Assembly (NCBI RefSeq): GCF_009914755.1
Contig: NC_060947.1
Direction: 5' to 3' (one strand)
DNA: 64,000 nucleotides
DNA from: the human T2T-CHM13v2.0 reference genome, Homo sapiens
The notes beneath the pieces are model-generated. The model made no database searches, was not told the origin of the DNA, and was given only the letters and a program-made list of their open reading frames with translations. Numbering within the stretch: position 1 is the stretch's first letter; each line of letters opens with the position of its first letter. Of this stretch, positions 26,150 to 44,200 are shown piece by piece. The position numbers and the translations under genes are program-made.

Positions 26150-27413
26150 TTTTTTTAAATTTTTATTATTGTTATACTTTAAGTTCTGAGTTACATGTGC
26201 AGAACTTGCAGTTTTGTTACATAGGTATACACAGGCCATGGCGGTTTGCTGCACCCATCAATCCGTCACCGACATTAATTATTTCTTATAATGCTATCTC
26301 TCCCCTAGCCCCCACCCCCCGACAAGCCCTGGTGTGTGATGTTCCCCTTCCTGTGTCCATGTGTTCTCATTGTTCAACTCCCACTTATGAGTGAGAACAT
26401 GCGGTGTTTGCTTTTCTGTTCTTGTGATAGTTTGCTGAGAATGACGGTTTCCAGCTTCATCTATGTCTCTGCAAAGGACACACACTTATTCTTTTTTATA
26501 GCTGCATAATATTCCATGGTGTATATGTGCCATATTTTCTTAGTCCAGTCTATCATTGATGAGCATTTGGGTTGGTTCCAAGTCTTTGCTATTGTGAATA
26601 GTGCCACAATAATCATACGTGTGCATGTGTCTTTATAGTAGAATGATTTATAATCCTTTGGGTATATACCCAGTAATGAGATTGCTGGGTCAAATGGTAT
26701 TTCTAGTTCTAGATCCTTGAGGAAACACCACACTGTCTTCCACAATGGTTGAACTAATTTACTCTCCCACCAACAGTGTAAAAGTGTTCCTATTTCTCCA
26801 CATCGTCTCCAGCATCTGTTGTTTCCTGACTTTTAAATGATTGCCATTCTAACTGGCATGAGATGGTATCTCATTGTGGTTTTGGTTTGCATTTCTCTAA
26901 TGACCAGGGATGATGAGTATTTTTTCATGTGTTCGACAGCTGCATAAATGTCTTCTTTTGAGAAGTGTCTTTTCATATCCTTTGCCCCCTTTTTTATGGG
27001 GTAGTGTTTTTCTTATAAATTTGTTTAAGTTCTTTGTAGATTCTGGATATTAGCCCTTTGTCAGGTGAATAGATTGCAAAAATTTTCTCCCATTCTGTAG
27101 GTTGGCTGTTCACTCTGATGACAGTTTCTTTTGCTGTGCAGAAGCTCTTTAGTTTAATTAGACCCCATTTGTCAATTTTGGCTTTTGTTGCCATTGCTTT
27201 TGGTGTTTTAGACATAAAGTCTTTGCCCATGCCTATGTCCTGAATGATATTGCCTAGGCTTTCTTCTAGAAGTTTTATGGTTTTAGGTCTTATGTTTAAG
27301 TCTTTAATCCATCTTAAGGTAATTTTTGTATAAGGTGTAAGGATGGGGCCCAGTTTCAGTTTTCTGCATATGGCTAGCCAGTTTTCCCAACACCATTTAG
27401 TAAATAGGGAATC
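26150..27413 (-). mobile_element. 5'-truncated L1PA7-like element
   Basis: T-tail, 3' UTR and ORF2 C-terminal fragments. The host ORF1 sequence (ggctggacataaaattattggttg | aatgctgactataggcc) continues on both sides. Confidence 0.9.
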
Positions 27414-29340
27414 TTTTTTTTTTTTTTTTCCACAAATGCTGACTATAGGCCTGTAATCTTTTCTGGCTATATTCTGGCTTATAGAATTTCTGCTGACAGG
27501 TTTGTTATTAGCCTAATGAGATTCCCTTTGTAGGTGACCTGCCTTTTGTCTCTAGTTCATATGTATATATTTCATTTTGACCTTGGGATTCTCTGCATCT
27601 CCTGAATTTAACTGTTGGCCATTCTAATGAGGTTGGAAAATTTTTCCATGGACAATATCCTATATGTTTTCCAACTTGCTTGATTTCTCTCTCTGTCTCT
27701 CAGACATGCCCATGAATTGTAGATTTGGTCTCTACATAATTCTATATTTCTTGAAGGTTTTGTTTATTCTTCTTTATTGTTTTTTCTTTATTTTTCTCTG
27801 AGTGAGTTATTTCATAGAACCAGTTTCCAAGCTCTTAGATTCTTTCCTCAGATTGGTAAATTATGCTGTTAATACTTGCCATTGCATTATGAAATTTTTT
27901 TAGAATGTTTTTCATCTCTATCAGATTTGTTTGGTTCTTTCTTATAACGAGCCATTTCACCTATAAGATCCTGTATTATTTTATTGTAATCTTTAGATTC
28001 CTTGGATTTTTTTTCATTTTATCCTTTATGCCTGTGACCTTCATTTCTATCTATATTCTGAATTCTATTTTTATCATTTCAGCCATCTCAGTGTGGTTAG
28101 AAACCCTTGCTGCAAAATAGTGCAGGTGTTTGGAGGGAAAAAGACATTCTGGCTTTTTGAGTTGGCAGAGTTTTTGTGCTGGTTCTTTCTCATTTTGGGG
28201 GGTTTTTATTCCAGCAATCTTTGAAGTTGTTAATCTTTGGAATTTTTTTCTTTTATAGTATTCAATGTCCTTGGGTGTTTGATTGTGGTGTAAGGTGGGT
28301 TTAGTCAACTTAATTTGTTTCTGGAGAATTTTAGCGGGCCAACGCTCAGCTGAGGACTCCCAGACTGTGTGTTGTCACTCTGGGGACTTGTATTAGACCT
28401 CTAGCTTTGTTCTGTTGCCCCTGGAGGTTAGCAAACTCTCATGCTGGCTGGGCTGAGTTGTTTCTGGACTGCTGGTCACAATAATCCAAAAGATGGTGCC
28501 AGCCACAGTGCTTCATAGAATGGTGGTAGCAGGATCCGTCTGTATTTGCACATGCCAGCAGCAGCAACAGTGAGGCTGGGTGCACACTCCTTGGGATTAG
28601 CAAAGTGCTGATGGGTGAAGGTTTCCTGGCCTCTGTGTGGGCATTCACAGTGGCAGCAGTGGCAGCATGGCATGGGGGGGCCCTGCCAGTGTCTGTTTTT
28701 GTTTGCAATAGTGGTGGTGTTAGTACGGGGGCTAGATAATGACAGGTGTGGGACTGTTCCCTCTATGCATGCATTTATATGGGTGGCACCTGTCACTAGG
28801 AATGAGGGAGGTCCTGCTGGTTCCTGCATAGTTTTGCATGAGCAGCAGTATCACAGATGGGCAGGGCACTGGTCAGCACAAGGCTGATGGTCTCCATGCT
28901 CACAAATGCTCTGACAGCAATGGTGGCATGGCAGGAGTTTTGGGGGTCGGGGTGCACTATGCCGGTAGCGGTGGCACACTGGGGTGATCAAGCACATGTG
29001 TGCTGGTGGAGAAGTGGGAGCAAGGTTTGCCCGCATGCCCACACACCAGCAAAGTGATGTGAAGTGTGGCCTTGGGTGAGTGGATGCAGGCAAAGTGGCT
29101 TGGGGAAGGCAGCAATGTGGAAAGGGCATGATCAGGCTTATGCACTTCTGTGAGAGTGCACTACTGAAGCTCTCGGCTGATCAAGTATTCAAGTATGGTC
29201 TGCCAGCTCAGGAGCTACAATATGGGCCCCAAGGAGTTACCCCACTTGGGCACCTGAGGCTGCAGTGCAAACAGACATGGGCAGGCTGAGGCACTGGAAG
29301 AAGCCAGCTAAACAAGGGGTGCTCAGCTTAGATCAGCTTT

Positions 29341-32023
<2,683 letters not shown>

Positions 32024-32489
32024 TAGGCCAGCTTTATCTTGTGGGCAAGACTGCTCTTCACTGTTCAGGCCCAACAGTTTCCCTTGGGTTAAAGTCTCCT
32101 AAAAAAGCAAGGCAAGCCTTGGGGGATGAGTGTTTCCTATCATGCCCCCCGACAGACACTCAAACACCAAATCTTCTGGGCTCTGCATTAGATGGAGTTA
32201 TGTCCCAACCACTTTTCTAAGCAGAAATCCCTGACAGCTCAAGTGTCTGTTGGTGTTGTGGAGTCTTCTGCTGGCAGGTTTCCAGAGGCCCATGGTGAGA
32301 ACAGGTTGCTCCTTGCTTGCTCAACTCACCCCTTCCCCAGAAGTCACTGGGTGCTAAGAATGAGTCCTGGTGTGTGGTAGCCCCATTCAGGGTTCCTAGC
32401 TTCCTCCCACTTCAGCCCAGCATCTGAGTCTTCCTTCCGTCTACTCTCAACGCCTTCCCTCTGAAGGTCTTCCTTTTTATTTTTGTCAA

Positions 32490-33022
32490 GTTGATATTGA
32501 ATCTTTCCTTTGTTTCTTTCTTTCATTTATTTTTTTGACTAGGCTAAATTTTTGTGAATTTTGTTGATAATTTTAAACAATCAACTTTTAATTTTGTTAA
32601 TTTTTCTCTATTATCTAGTTTATTTATTTCTTCCATAGCGTTTCTGATTTTCTTCTTTCTGCATGTTTTAGGTTTAGTGTCCTGTTTTTTTAGTAATTTA
32701 TTAAGGTGAAAGTTTAAAATATTGATACAATATTTTTCTTCTCCTTCATTATGGGTATTTTGAGGTATAAATTTACCCCCTAAGCACTGCTTTCGCTTCA
32801 TTTCCTACATTGTGTTATGTTTTCTTTCCCTCTTTACTTATCTGGAAGTAATTTCTAATTTTTCTTGTGATTTCTTCTTTTCTCCTTGGTTATTTAGACA
32901 GGTGTTGCTTAAATTCCATACATTTTTTAAGTTGAGTTCTAGTTTTATTACAATGTGTTCAGATACCAGCTGGGATGATTTTAATTTATTTAAATGTATT
33001 GAGACTTGTTTTATAGCCTGTC
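32490..33022 (-). mobile_element. Ancient L1M ORF2 fragment (host of the provirus, left part)
   Basis: Contains taaatttaccccctaagcactgcttt and ttgagacttgttttatagcc; continues after 49355. Confidence 0.7.
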
Positions 33023-33380
33023 TGTTAATGGTGGAGGGTGTCCAGGTTCTTGGCCTCTTGAACGAAGTATTGGACAAAACACACAAACAAAGTAAGGAAG
33101 GAATGAAGAGATTTATTGCAAAATGGAAGTACACTCCACAGTGTGGGAGTGGGCCCGAGCATAAGGGCTCAAAGGCTGCATTACAAAATTTGGGGGAGTT
33201 TAAATAGCCCCCCAGAGGATTCAATTGGTTACTTTGGGTATGCCCTATGTAAATGGAGAGGATGAAGTAAAGTGACAAACTCATTTACAGTTTACATCCT
33301 ATGAAGAGGATATTTCCTGTTATAGCTGAAGTGTGAATTGGCCTTATGTTTTATGCCTCCAGACCCTATTTCCTGCCTCA
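33023..33380 (-). repeat. 3' LTR (MER61-like)
   Basis: The minus strand begins tgaggcaggaaatagggtctggaggca and ends ggacaccctccaccattaaca, as in MER61. Confidence 0.88.
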
Positions 33381-33390
33381 TCTCCCCCCT
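33381..33390 (-). other. Polypurine tract
   Basis: AGGGGGGAGA lies immediately 5' of the 3' LTR on the minus strand. Confidence 0.85.
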
Positions 33391-35563
33391 GAGAGATGTT
33401 ATTTACAATGAATCTTTATGGGAGGCAGATGGACCTATTGTCCTTTTTCTGTAGCTTCTTCATGCTGGCTCGGGACATAGTCCCTACCTACCGGGGATCA
33501 CCGAACTGCTCTATCCAGTGGAGGCAGGGTAGCTTCTTGATGGCCAGGGATGATGTCTTCGCCTGTACCTGGCTGGAACCTTTGTTGAATGATCATCTGA
33601 AACTTGACAGTATCTAGTGAGAGGAAATAAATTTGGTTAAAAGATTTAATGGGAACTTCAGAGGGTGGATACCAATGCTCTCAGAAATGTTTGTCATAGT
33701 AATTTGCAGGAGAAAAAAACAAAACGTGGTCTGTTCTAGAATCTATGTGTTTCCTTAAAGTCTTAGCATAAATGACTCCGTTTTGGTTTGATTTGATCTG
33801 CAGGGGCTTAGCGCTTGAGTTTAGTTCAAAGCAATGGCCTCCTAGAATTTTGTTTGAAAAATTCCCCCTTTTTTGGTCACACTCTCACTTAGTGCCCTAG
33901 CGCTAAGTTAGGGCCCTAGCGCCAATCTCAGTTGCCATCATTTTGGGTTTCTGGTCTCAGCAAGTCATTTATAGGTTATGGTGTCCTCATGGTTACACAT
34001 TTCTTTAAGCTCCTGTCATTCCAGTTGAAGAGAGGCCATATGACATTCTAGAGATGGCTGCATGCAATCATTTAAAACCTTTGAGAGAATACAGTGCACC
34101 AGGGAGACTATTATTATGACTATTGGGAGGATAATACCAAGAGTTCAGAATATGCTCCTTATCCAAGGTCCCAATAAACCAAACCTCCTAAAATCAAATA
34201 GATTAAAAAAAGAGTTAAATAATGAAAGTTTACTTACTTAAGTAGTCTCTTTGTTAATCCCCTATCACTGAATTTTTGTAATCTTTATTTGATGTATTTC
34301 CTTATAGGCCACAAGTGCCAGTGGCTGCACAGATACTTCTCTGTTCAGTGAATTTTATCATAACTTTCACAAGAGATTTTAAGGCTATTGTGTAGCTGTA
34401 GCCTTTACAGTAGAATTTCCTATAGAGCCTATCATGGGAGATACATTTCTATTCACTGTTTCTTTTATTCTAAACCAAGGAAAAAGGACTTACCAAATGA
34501 TGCCCTTCTAGAATAGTGAAGGTCTCCTGACAATGTTCTCTTTAACCCATTATGAGGGTTAAGAGAAGTAAACCAATGTTTTGTTTTTGACTGATTATGA
34601 TGCAACGTATGTACCATTAAAGTTTCTTGCCTAGATTGGGCTGTCATCTTTTATCTGTCAAAGTATAAGGGAATCCTTGTATAAAGCTGACTGAAAATTC
34701 ATTCACAAATAAAGGTACACCCCATTAGTGCATATAACAAACCCCTTGTCCACTTCTATTGTTCATAGAAGAATAATCACAAAAAAAATATTCAAAGATA
34801 AGAGTTTCATAATAGTAGAAGTCTTAATCTGTGAACTTGGGAAAAGCTGTTCACATGAAGGATGCCATCTTTTTCCTGGGAGAAATTTCCCTTGTTAGCT
34901 TTACATCAAAGGTTCCAGTGGTGCACAGTTCCAAAACTGTGGTGGGGCCCTTCTCAGTTGTTAGACCATGAACCCAAAGCATAAGGTCCTGAAGATTTGT
35001 TGTAGTGTGGATGGCAAGGACAATTCTTTCTCTGATGTTTCCAAAAAATTCAAACCATAAAAAGCTTTAATTACCTGGTGAAAATATACTGTAGCATAAT
35101 AATTTACTGTTATAACATCAGCCCTCTTGAATGGGAAAGCTTTTATACAACCAGAAAACCTGCAGTGAAAATAACAATTGAATGAAATTCCTTTATAAAA
35201 TGTTTAAATGGCCCACCAGGTGACAAAATGTACCTGAAGATTTAATTGTCTTCCCAGGAATATGGGAGCAAGCATGGTTATAACCTATTTTAAACAATTT
35301 CAGTATCAGCTGGATTAACATGAAAATCTGACAAAGCATTTTCTTTTTTTTTTTTTAATTATACTTTTAAGTTTTAGGGTACATGTGCACATTGTGCAGG
35401 TTAGTTACATATGTATACATGTGCCATGCTGGTGCGCTGCACCCACTAACTCGTCATCAAGCATTAGGTATATCTCCCGATGCTATCCCTCCCCCCTCCC
35501 ACCACCCCACAACAGTCCTCAGAGTGTGATATTCCCCTTCCTGTGTCCATGTGATCTCATTGT

Positions 35564-39393
<3,830 letters not shown>

Positions 39394-39456
39394 TAAGATG
39401 TTAGCTGGTTATTTTGCTCGTTAGTTGATGCAGTTTCTTCTTAGTCTCGATTGTCT

Positions 39457-40378
39457 TTACATTTTGGCATGATTTTGCAGCAGCTGGTACTGTTTGTTCC
39501 TTTCCATGTTTAGCACTTCCTTCAGGAGCTCTTGTAAGGCAGGCCTGGTGGTGACAAAATCTCTCAGCATTTGCTTGTCTGTAAAGTATTTGATTTCTCC
39601 TTCACTTATGAAGCTTAGTTTGGCTGGATATGAAATTCTGGGTTGAAAATTCTTTTCTTTAAGAGTGTTGAATATAGGCCCCCACTCTCTTCTGGCTTGT
39701 AGGGTTTCTGCCGAGAGATCCGTTGTTAGTCTGATGGGCTTCCCTTTGAGGGTAACCTGACCTTTCTCTCTGGCTGCCCTTAACATTTTTTCCTTCATTT
39801 CAACTTTGGTGAATCTGACAATTATGTGTCTTGGAGTTGCTCTTCTCGGGGAGTATCTTTGTGGTGTTCTCTGTATTTTCTGAATCTGAACGTTGGCCTG
39901 CCTTGCTAGATTGTGGAAGTTCTCCTGGATAATATCCTGCAGAGTGTTTTCCAACTTGGTTCCATTCTCCCCATCACTTTCAGGTACACCAATCAGACAT
40001 AGATTTGGTCTTTTCACATAGTCCCATATTTCTTGGAGGCTTTGCTCATTTCTTTTTATTCTTTTTTCTCTAGACTTCCCTTCTCACTTCATTTCATTCA
40101 TTTCATCTTCCATCGCTGGTACCCTTTCTTCCAGTTGATCGCATCGGCTCTTGAGGCTTCTGCATTCTTCACGTAGTTCTCGAGCCTTGGTTTTCAGCTC
40201 CATCAGCTCCTTTAAGCACTTCTCTGTATTGATTATTCTAGTTATACATTCTTCTAAATTTTTTTCAATGTTTTCAACTTCTTTGCCTTTGGTTTGAATG
40301 TCCTCCCGTAGCTCAGAGTAATTTGATCGTCTGAAGCCTTCTTCTCTCAGCTTGTCAAAGTCATTCTCCATCCAGCTT
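39457..40378 (-). pseudogene. LINE-1 ORF1, N-terminus lost, one CGA>TGA nonsense change
   Basis: ORF fragments QSWMENDF...EMNEMK* and KRPNL...NHAKM; stop at 40084-40086. Confidence 0.92.
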
Positions 40379-41214
40379 TGACAAAGCATTTTCTTGGTAC
40401 TTAATTAATTTTTGTTTTACTTCAGTTAGTAGCCTTATACAAGGAAATTTGGTTATTTCTGTGGTTTAGAATAACTTAACATAATAACTATACTAAAGTA
40501 TTAGAATTTTAGACATTCTATACAGTTTTGGAACATATTTTAGTATTATTCACAAAAATACAAACTAAAGAAGATTGAACATCATTTTGGCAATCCTATG
40601 TACCTAAGCACTTTAAATAATCCGTTTACCTCTTTTCTGGATGTTTTCACAGGCCCTCTGATTCATCCTAAAAAGTCAGGCATTAAAAAAGAGAATTTTG
40701 AAACTGACATTTGATTTTGGAATTCCCAATTACCGTAAATTATTTATTTTGCCAAAATGATGACTAAAAAATTTTAAAGAAGTAAAAAGCATTTATAACC
40801 GTTTACAAAATAAGAAACATATTCTATTGCTCTTACACACCTTGCATGTAAAACTGTTTCTAGTTGTCTTGATTATATGTTAAAATGGTGAACTTTAATG
40901 TAAATTCTGGTAAGTTATGTTCTGATAATGTTTGACAATTTCCAGCATAGCTAGGGGTATGGCCAACTCTGCACATCCACAGGCTTTACTTAGCTGAAAA
41001 GCAGGCAATCTAAACAATTTTCAAAAGCCAAAGAAGCAGTTTATGACCCTAAAGCATTTATCATACCTATTATTTGAACATAATTTAGACCACATGTTTA
41101 CATTTTGAAGAAAATTGTGTTTTACCAACAATATTTATAACCATCGTTATTACCCAAAGATTACTATAGTCACGTGAACTAAAAGGCATTACATTTTCTA
41201 AAATGTGGGTAAAT

Positions 41215-44200
41215 GGGGTGGCTTGCAAGATGGATGAATAGCAACAGCTCCCAGTGAGATCAACGCAGAAGGTGAGTCATTTCTGCATTTCCAACTGAGG
41301 TACACAGCTCATCTCATTGGGACTGGTTAGACAGTGGGTGAAGCCCATAGAGGGTGAGTTGAAACAGGGTGGTGTGCCACCTCACCTGGGAAGTGAAAGG
41401 GATCGAGGAACTCCCTCCCCTAACCAAGGGAAGCCTTGAGGGAATGTGCTGTGAGGAACAGAGCATTCCAGTCCAGAAACTACACATTTCCCACAGTCTT
41501 TGCAACCCGCAGAACAGGAGATTCCCTCAGGTGTCTATGCCACCAGGGCCCTGGGTTTCAAGCACAAAACTGTTCAGCCGTTTGGCCAGACAACAAGCTA
41601 GCTGCAGGAGTTTTTTTTCATACCCCAGTGGCTCCCAGAATGCCAGTGAGACAGAACTGCCTACTCCCTTGGAAAGGACACTGAAGCCAGGGAGCCAAGT
41701 GGTCTAGCTCAGCAATTCCCACCCCCATGGAGCCCTGCAAGCTAAGATCCACTGGCTTGAAATTTTCACTGCCAGCACAGCAGCCTGAAGTCAACCTGGG
41801 ATGCTACAAGTTGGTGGGAGGAGGGATGTCTGCCATAACTGAGGCTTCAGTAGGCAGTTTTCCCCTCACGGTGTAAACAAACCCTCTAATAAGATTGAAC
41901 TGGGCAGAGCCCACCTCAGCTCTGCAAAGCCACTGTAGCCAGACTGCCTCTCTAGATTCTTTCTCTCTGGGCAGGACATCTCTGGAAGAAAGGCAGCAGC
42001 CCCAGTCAGGGGCTTATAAATAAAACTGTCATCTCCCTAGTATAGAGCACCTGGGGCAAGGGCTGGATGTAGGTGCGGCTTCAGCAGACTTAAACTTTCC
42101 TCTTGCCAGCTCTGAAGAGAGCAGTAAATCTCCCAGGACAGTGCTGAAGCTCTGCTAAGGTACAGACTGCCTCCTCAAGTGCGACCCTGAAACCCGTGCA
42201 TCCTGACTGAAAGACACCTCCCAGTAGGGGTCGACAGACACCTCATACAGGAGAGCTCTAGTTGGCATCTGGTAGGTGCCTCTCTGCGATAAAGCTTCCA
42301 GAGGAAGGAACAGGCAGAAAACTTTGCTGTTTTGCAGCCTCCGCTGGTGATACCCAAGCAAACAGGTTCTGGACTGGACTCCCAGCAAACTCCAGCAGAC
42401 CTGCAGCAGAGGGGCCTGACCGTTAGAAGGAAAACTAACAAACTGAAAGGAATAGCATCAACATCAACAAAAAAAAGTTTACACAGAAACCCCATCCAAA
42501 GGTCACCATCATCAAAGACCAAAGCTACATAAATCCATGAAGATGAGAAAAAAAAACAGTGCAAAAAAACTGAAATTTCCAAAAACCAGAATGCCTCCTT
42601 TTCTCCAAAGGATCATAACTCCTTGGCAACAAGGGAACAAAACTGGACAGAGAATGAGTTTGACAAATTGACAGAAGTAGTTCAGAAGGTAGATAATAGC
42701 AAACTCCTCCAAGATTAAACAGCATGTACTAACCCAATGCAAGGACGCTAAGAAACTTGAAAAAATGTTAAAAGAATTACTAACTAGAATAACCAGTTTA
42801 GAGAAAAACATAAATAACCTGAAAAACACAGCATGAGAACTTCGTGAAGCATAGACAATATCAAGAGCCAAATTGATCAAGCAGAAGAAAGGATATTAAA
42901 GATTGAAGATCAACTTAATGAAATAAAGCGGGAAGACAAGACTGAAGAAAAAAGAATGAAAAGGAATGAACAAAGCCTCCAAGAAATATGGGACTATGTG
43001 AAAAAAAAAAGAAACAAAACAAAACAAAACAAAAAATACATTTGACTGGTGTGCCTGAAAGTGATGGGAAGAATGGAACCAAGTTGGAAAACACCCTTCA
43101 GGATATTATCCAGGAGAAATCACCCAACCTAGCAAGACGGGACAACATTCAAATTTGAAAAATACTGAGAACACCACAAAGATACTCCTTGAGAAGAGCG
43201 ACCCCAAGACACTTGTCAGATTCACCAAGGTTGAAATGAAGGAAAAAATGTTAAGGGCAGCCAGAGAGAAACGTTGAGTCACCCGCAAAGGGAAGCCCAT
43301 CAGACTAATAGTGAATTTCTCTGCAGAAGAGCATGGGGCCAATATTCAACATTCTTAAAGAAAAGAATTTGCAACCCAGAATTTCAAATCCAGCCAAATA
43401 AGCTTCATAAGCAAAGAAGAAAAAAAAATCCTTTACAGACAAGCAAATGCAGAAAAATTTGTCACCACCATGCCTGCCTTAGAACAGCTCCAGAAGGAAG
43501 AATTAAACATGGAAAGAACAACCGGTAGCAGCCACTGCAAAAACATACCAAATTTTAAAGACCATCAACACTATGAAAAAACTGCATCAACTAATGGGCA
43601 AAATAACCAGCTAGCATCACAATGACGGGATCAAAATATTAACCTTAAATGTAAGCAGGCTAAATGCCCAAATTAAAAGACACAGACTGGCAAATTGGAT
43701 AGTCAAGACCCATCAATGTGCTGTAATCAGGAGACCCATCTCACGTGCAAAGACACACATGGGCTCAAAATAAAGGGATGAAGGAATATTTACCAAGCAA
43801 ATGGAAACAAAAAAAAAAAAAAGCGGGGGTTGCAATTCTAGTCTCTGATAAAACAGACTTTAAACCAACAAAGATCAAAAAAGACAAAGCATCACATAAT
43901 TATAAAGGGATCAATGCAACAAGAAGAGCTATCTTAAAAATATATGCACTTAATAGAGGAGCATCCAGATTCATAGAGCAAATTCTTAGAGATCTATGAA
44001 GAGATTTATACTCCCATACAATAACAGTGGGAGACTTTAACACCCCACTGTCAATATTAGACTGATCAATGAGACAGAAAATTAACAAGAATATTCAAGA
44101 CTTTAACTCAACTCTGGACAAAAGGGATTTAATAAACACCTACAGGACTCTCCACCACAAATCAACAGAATATACATTCTCCTCCAAACTACATTGCATT

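Noticed and set aside
28439-29289. Cluster of overlapping ORFs in GC-richer DNA as a possible exon or gene
   Set aside because: It lies within the long 5' UTR of an old L1PA, and the peptides show no recognisable domain.
33232-33248. p53 response element in the MER61 LTR
   Set aside because: Some MER61 subfamilies carry p53 sites, but here I see only GGGTATGCCC (gcgtatgtcc in the other LTR). It lacks the CWWG core and has no adjacent second half-site.
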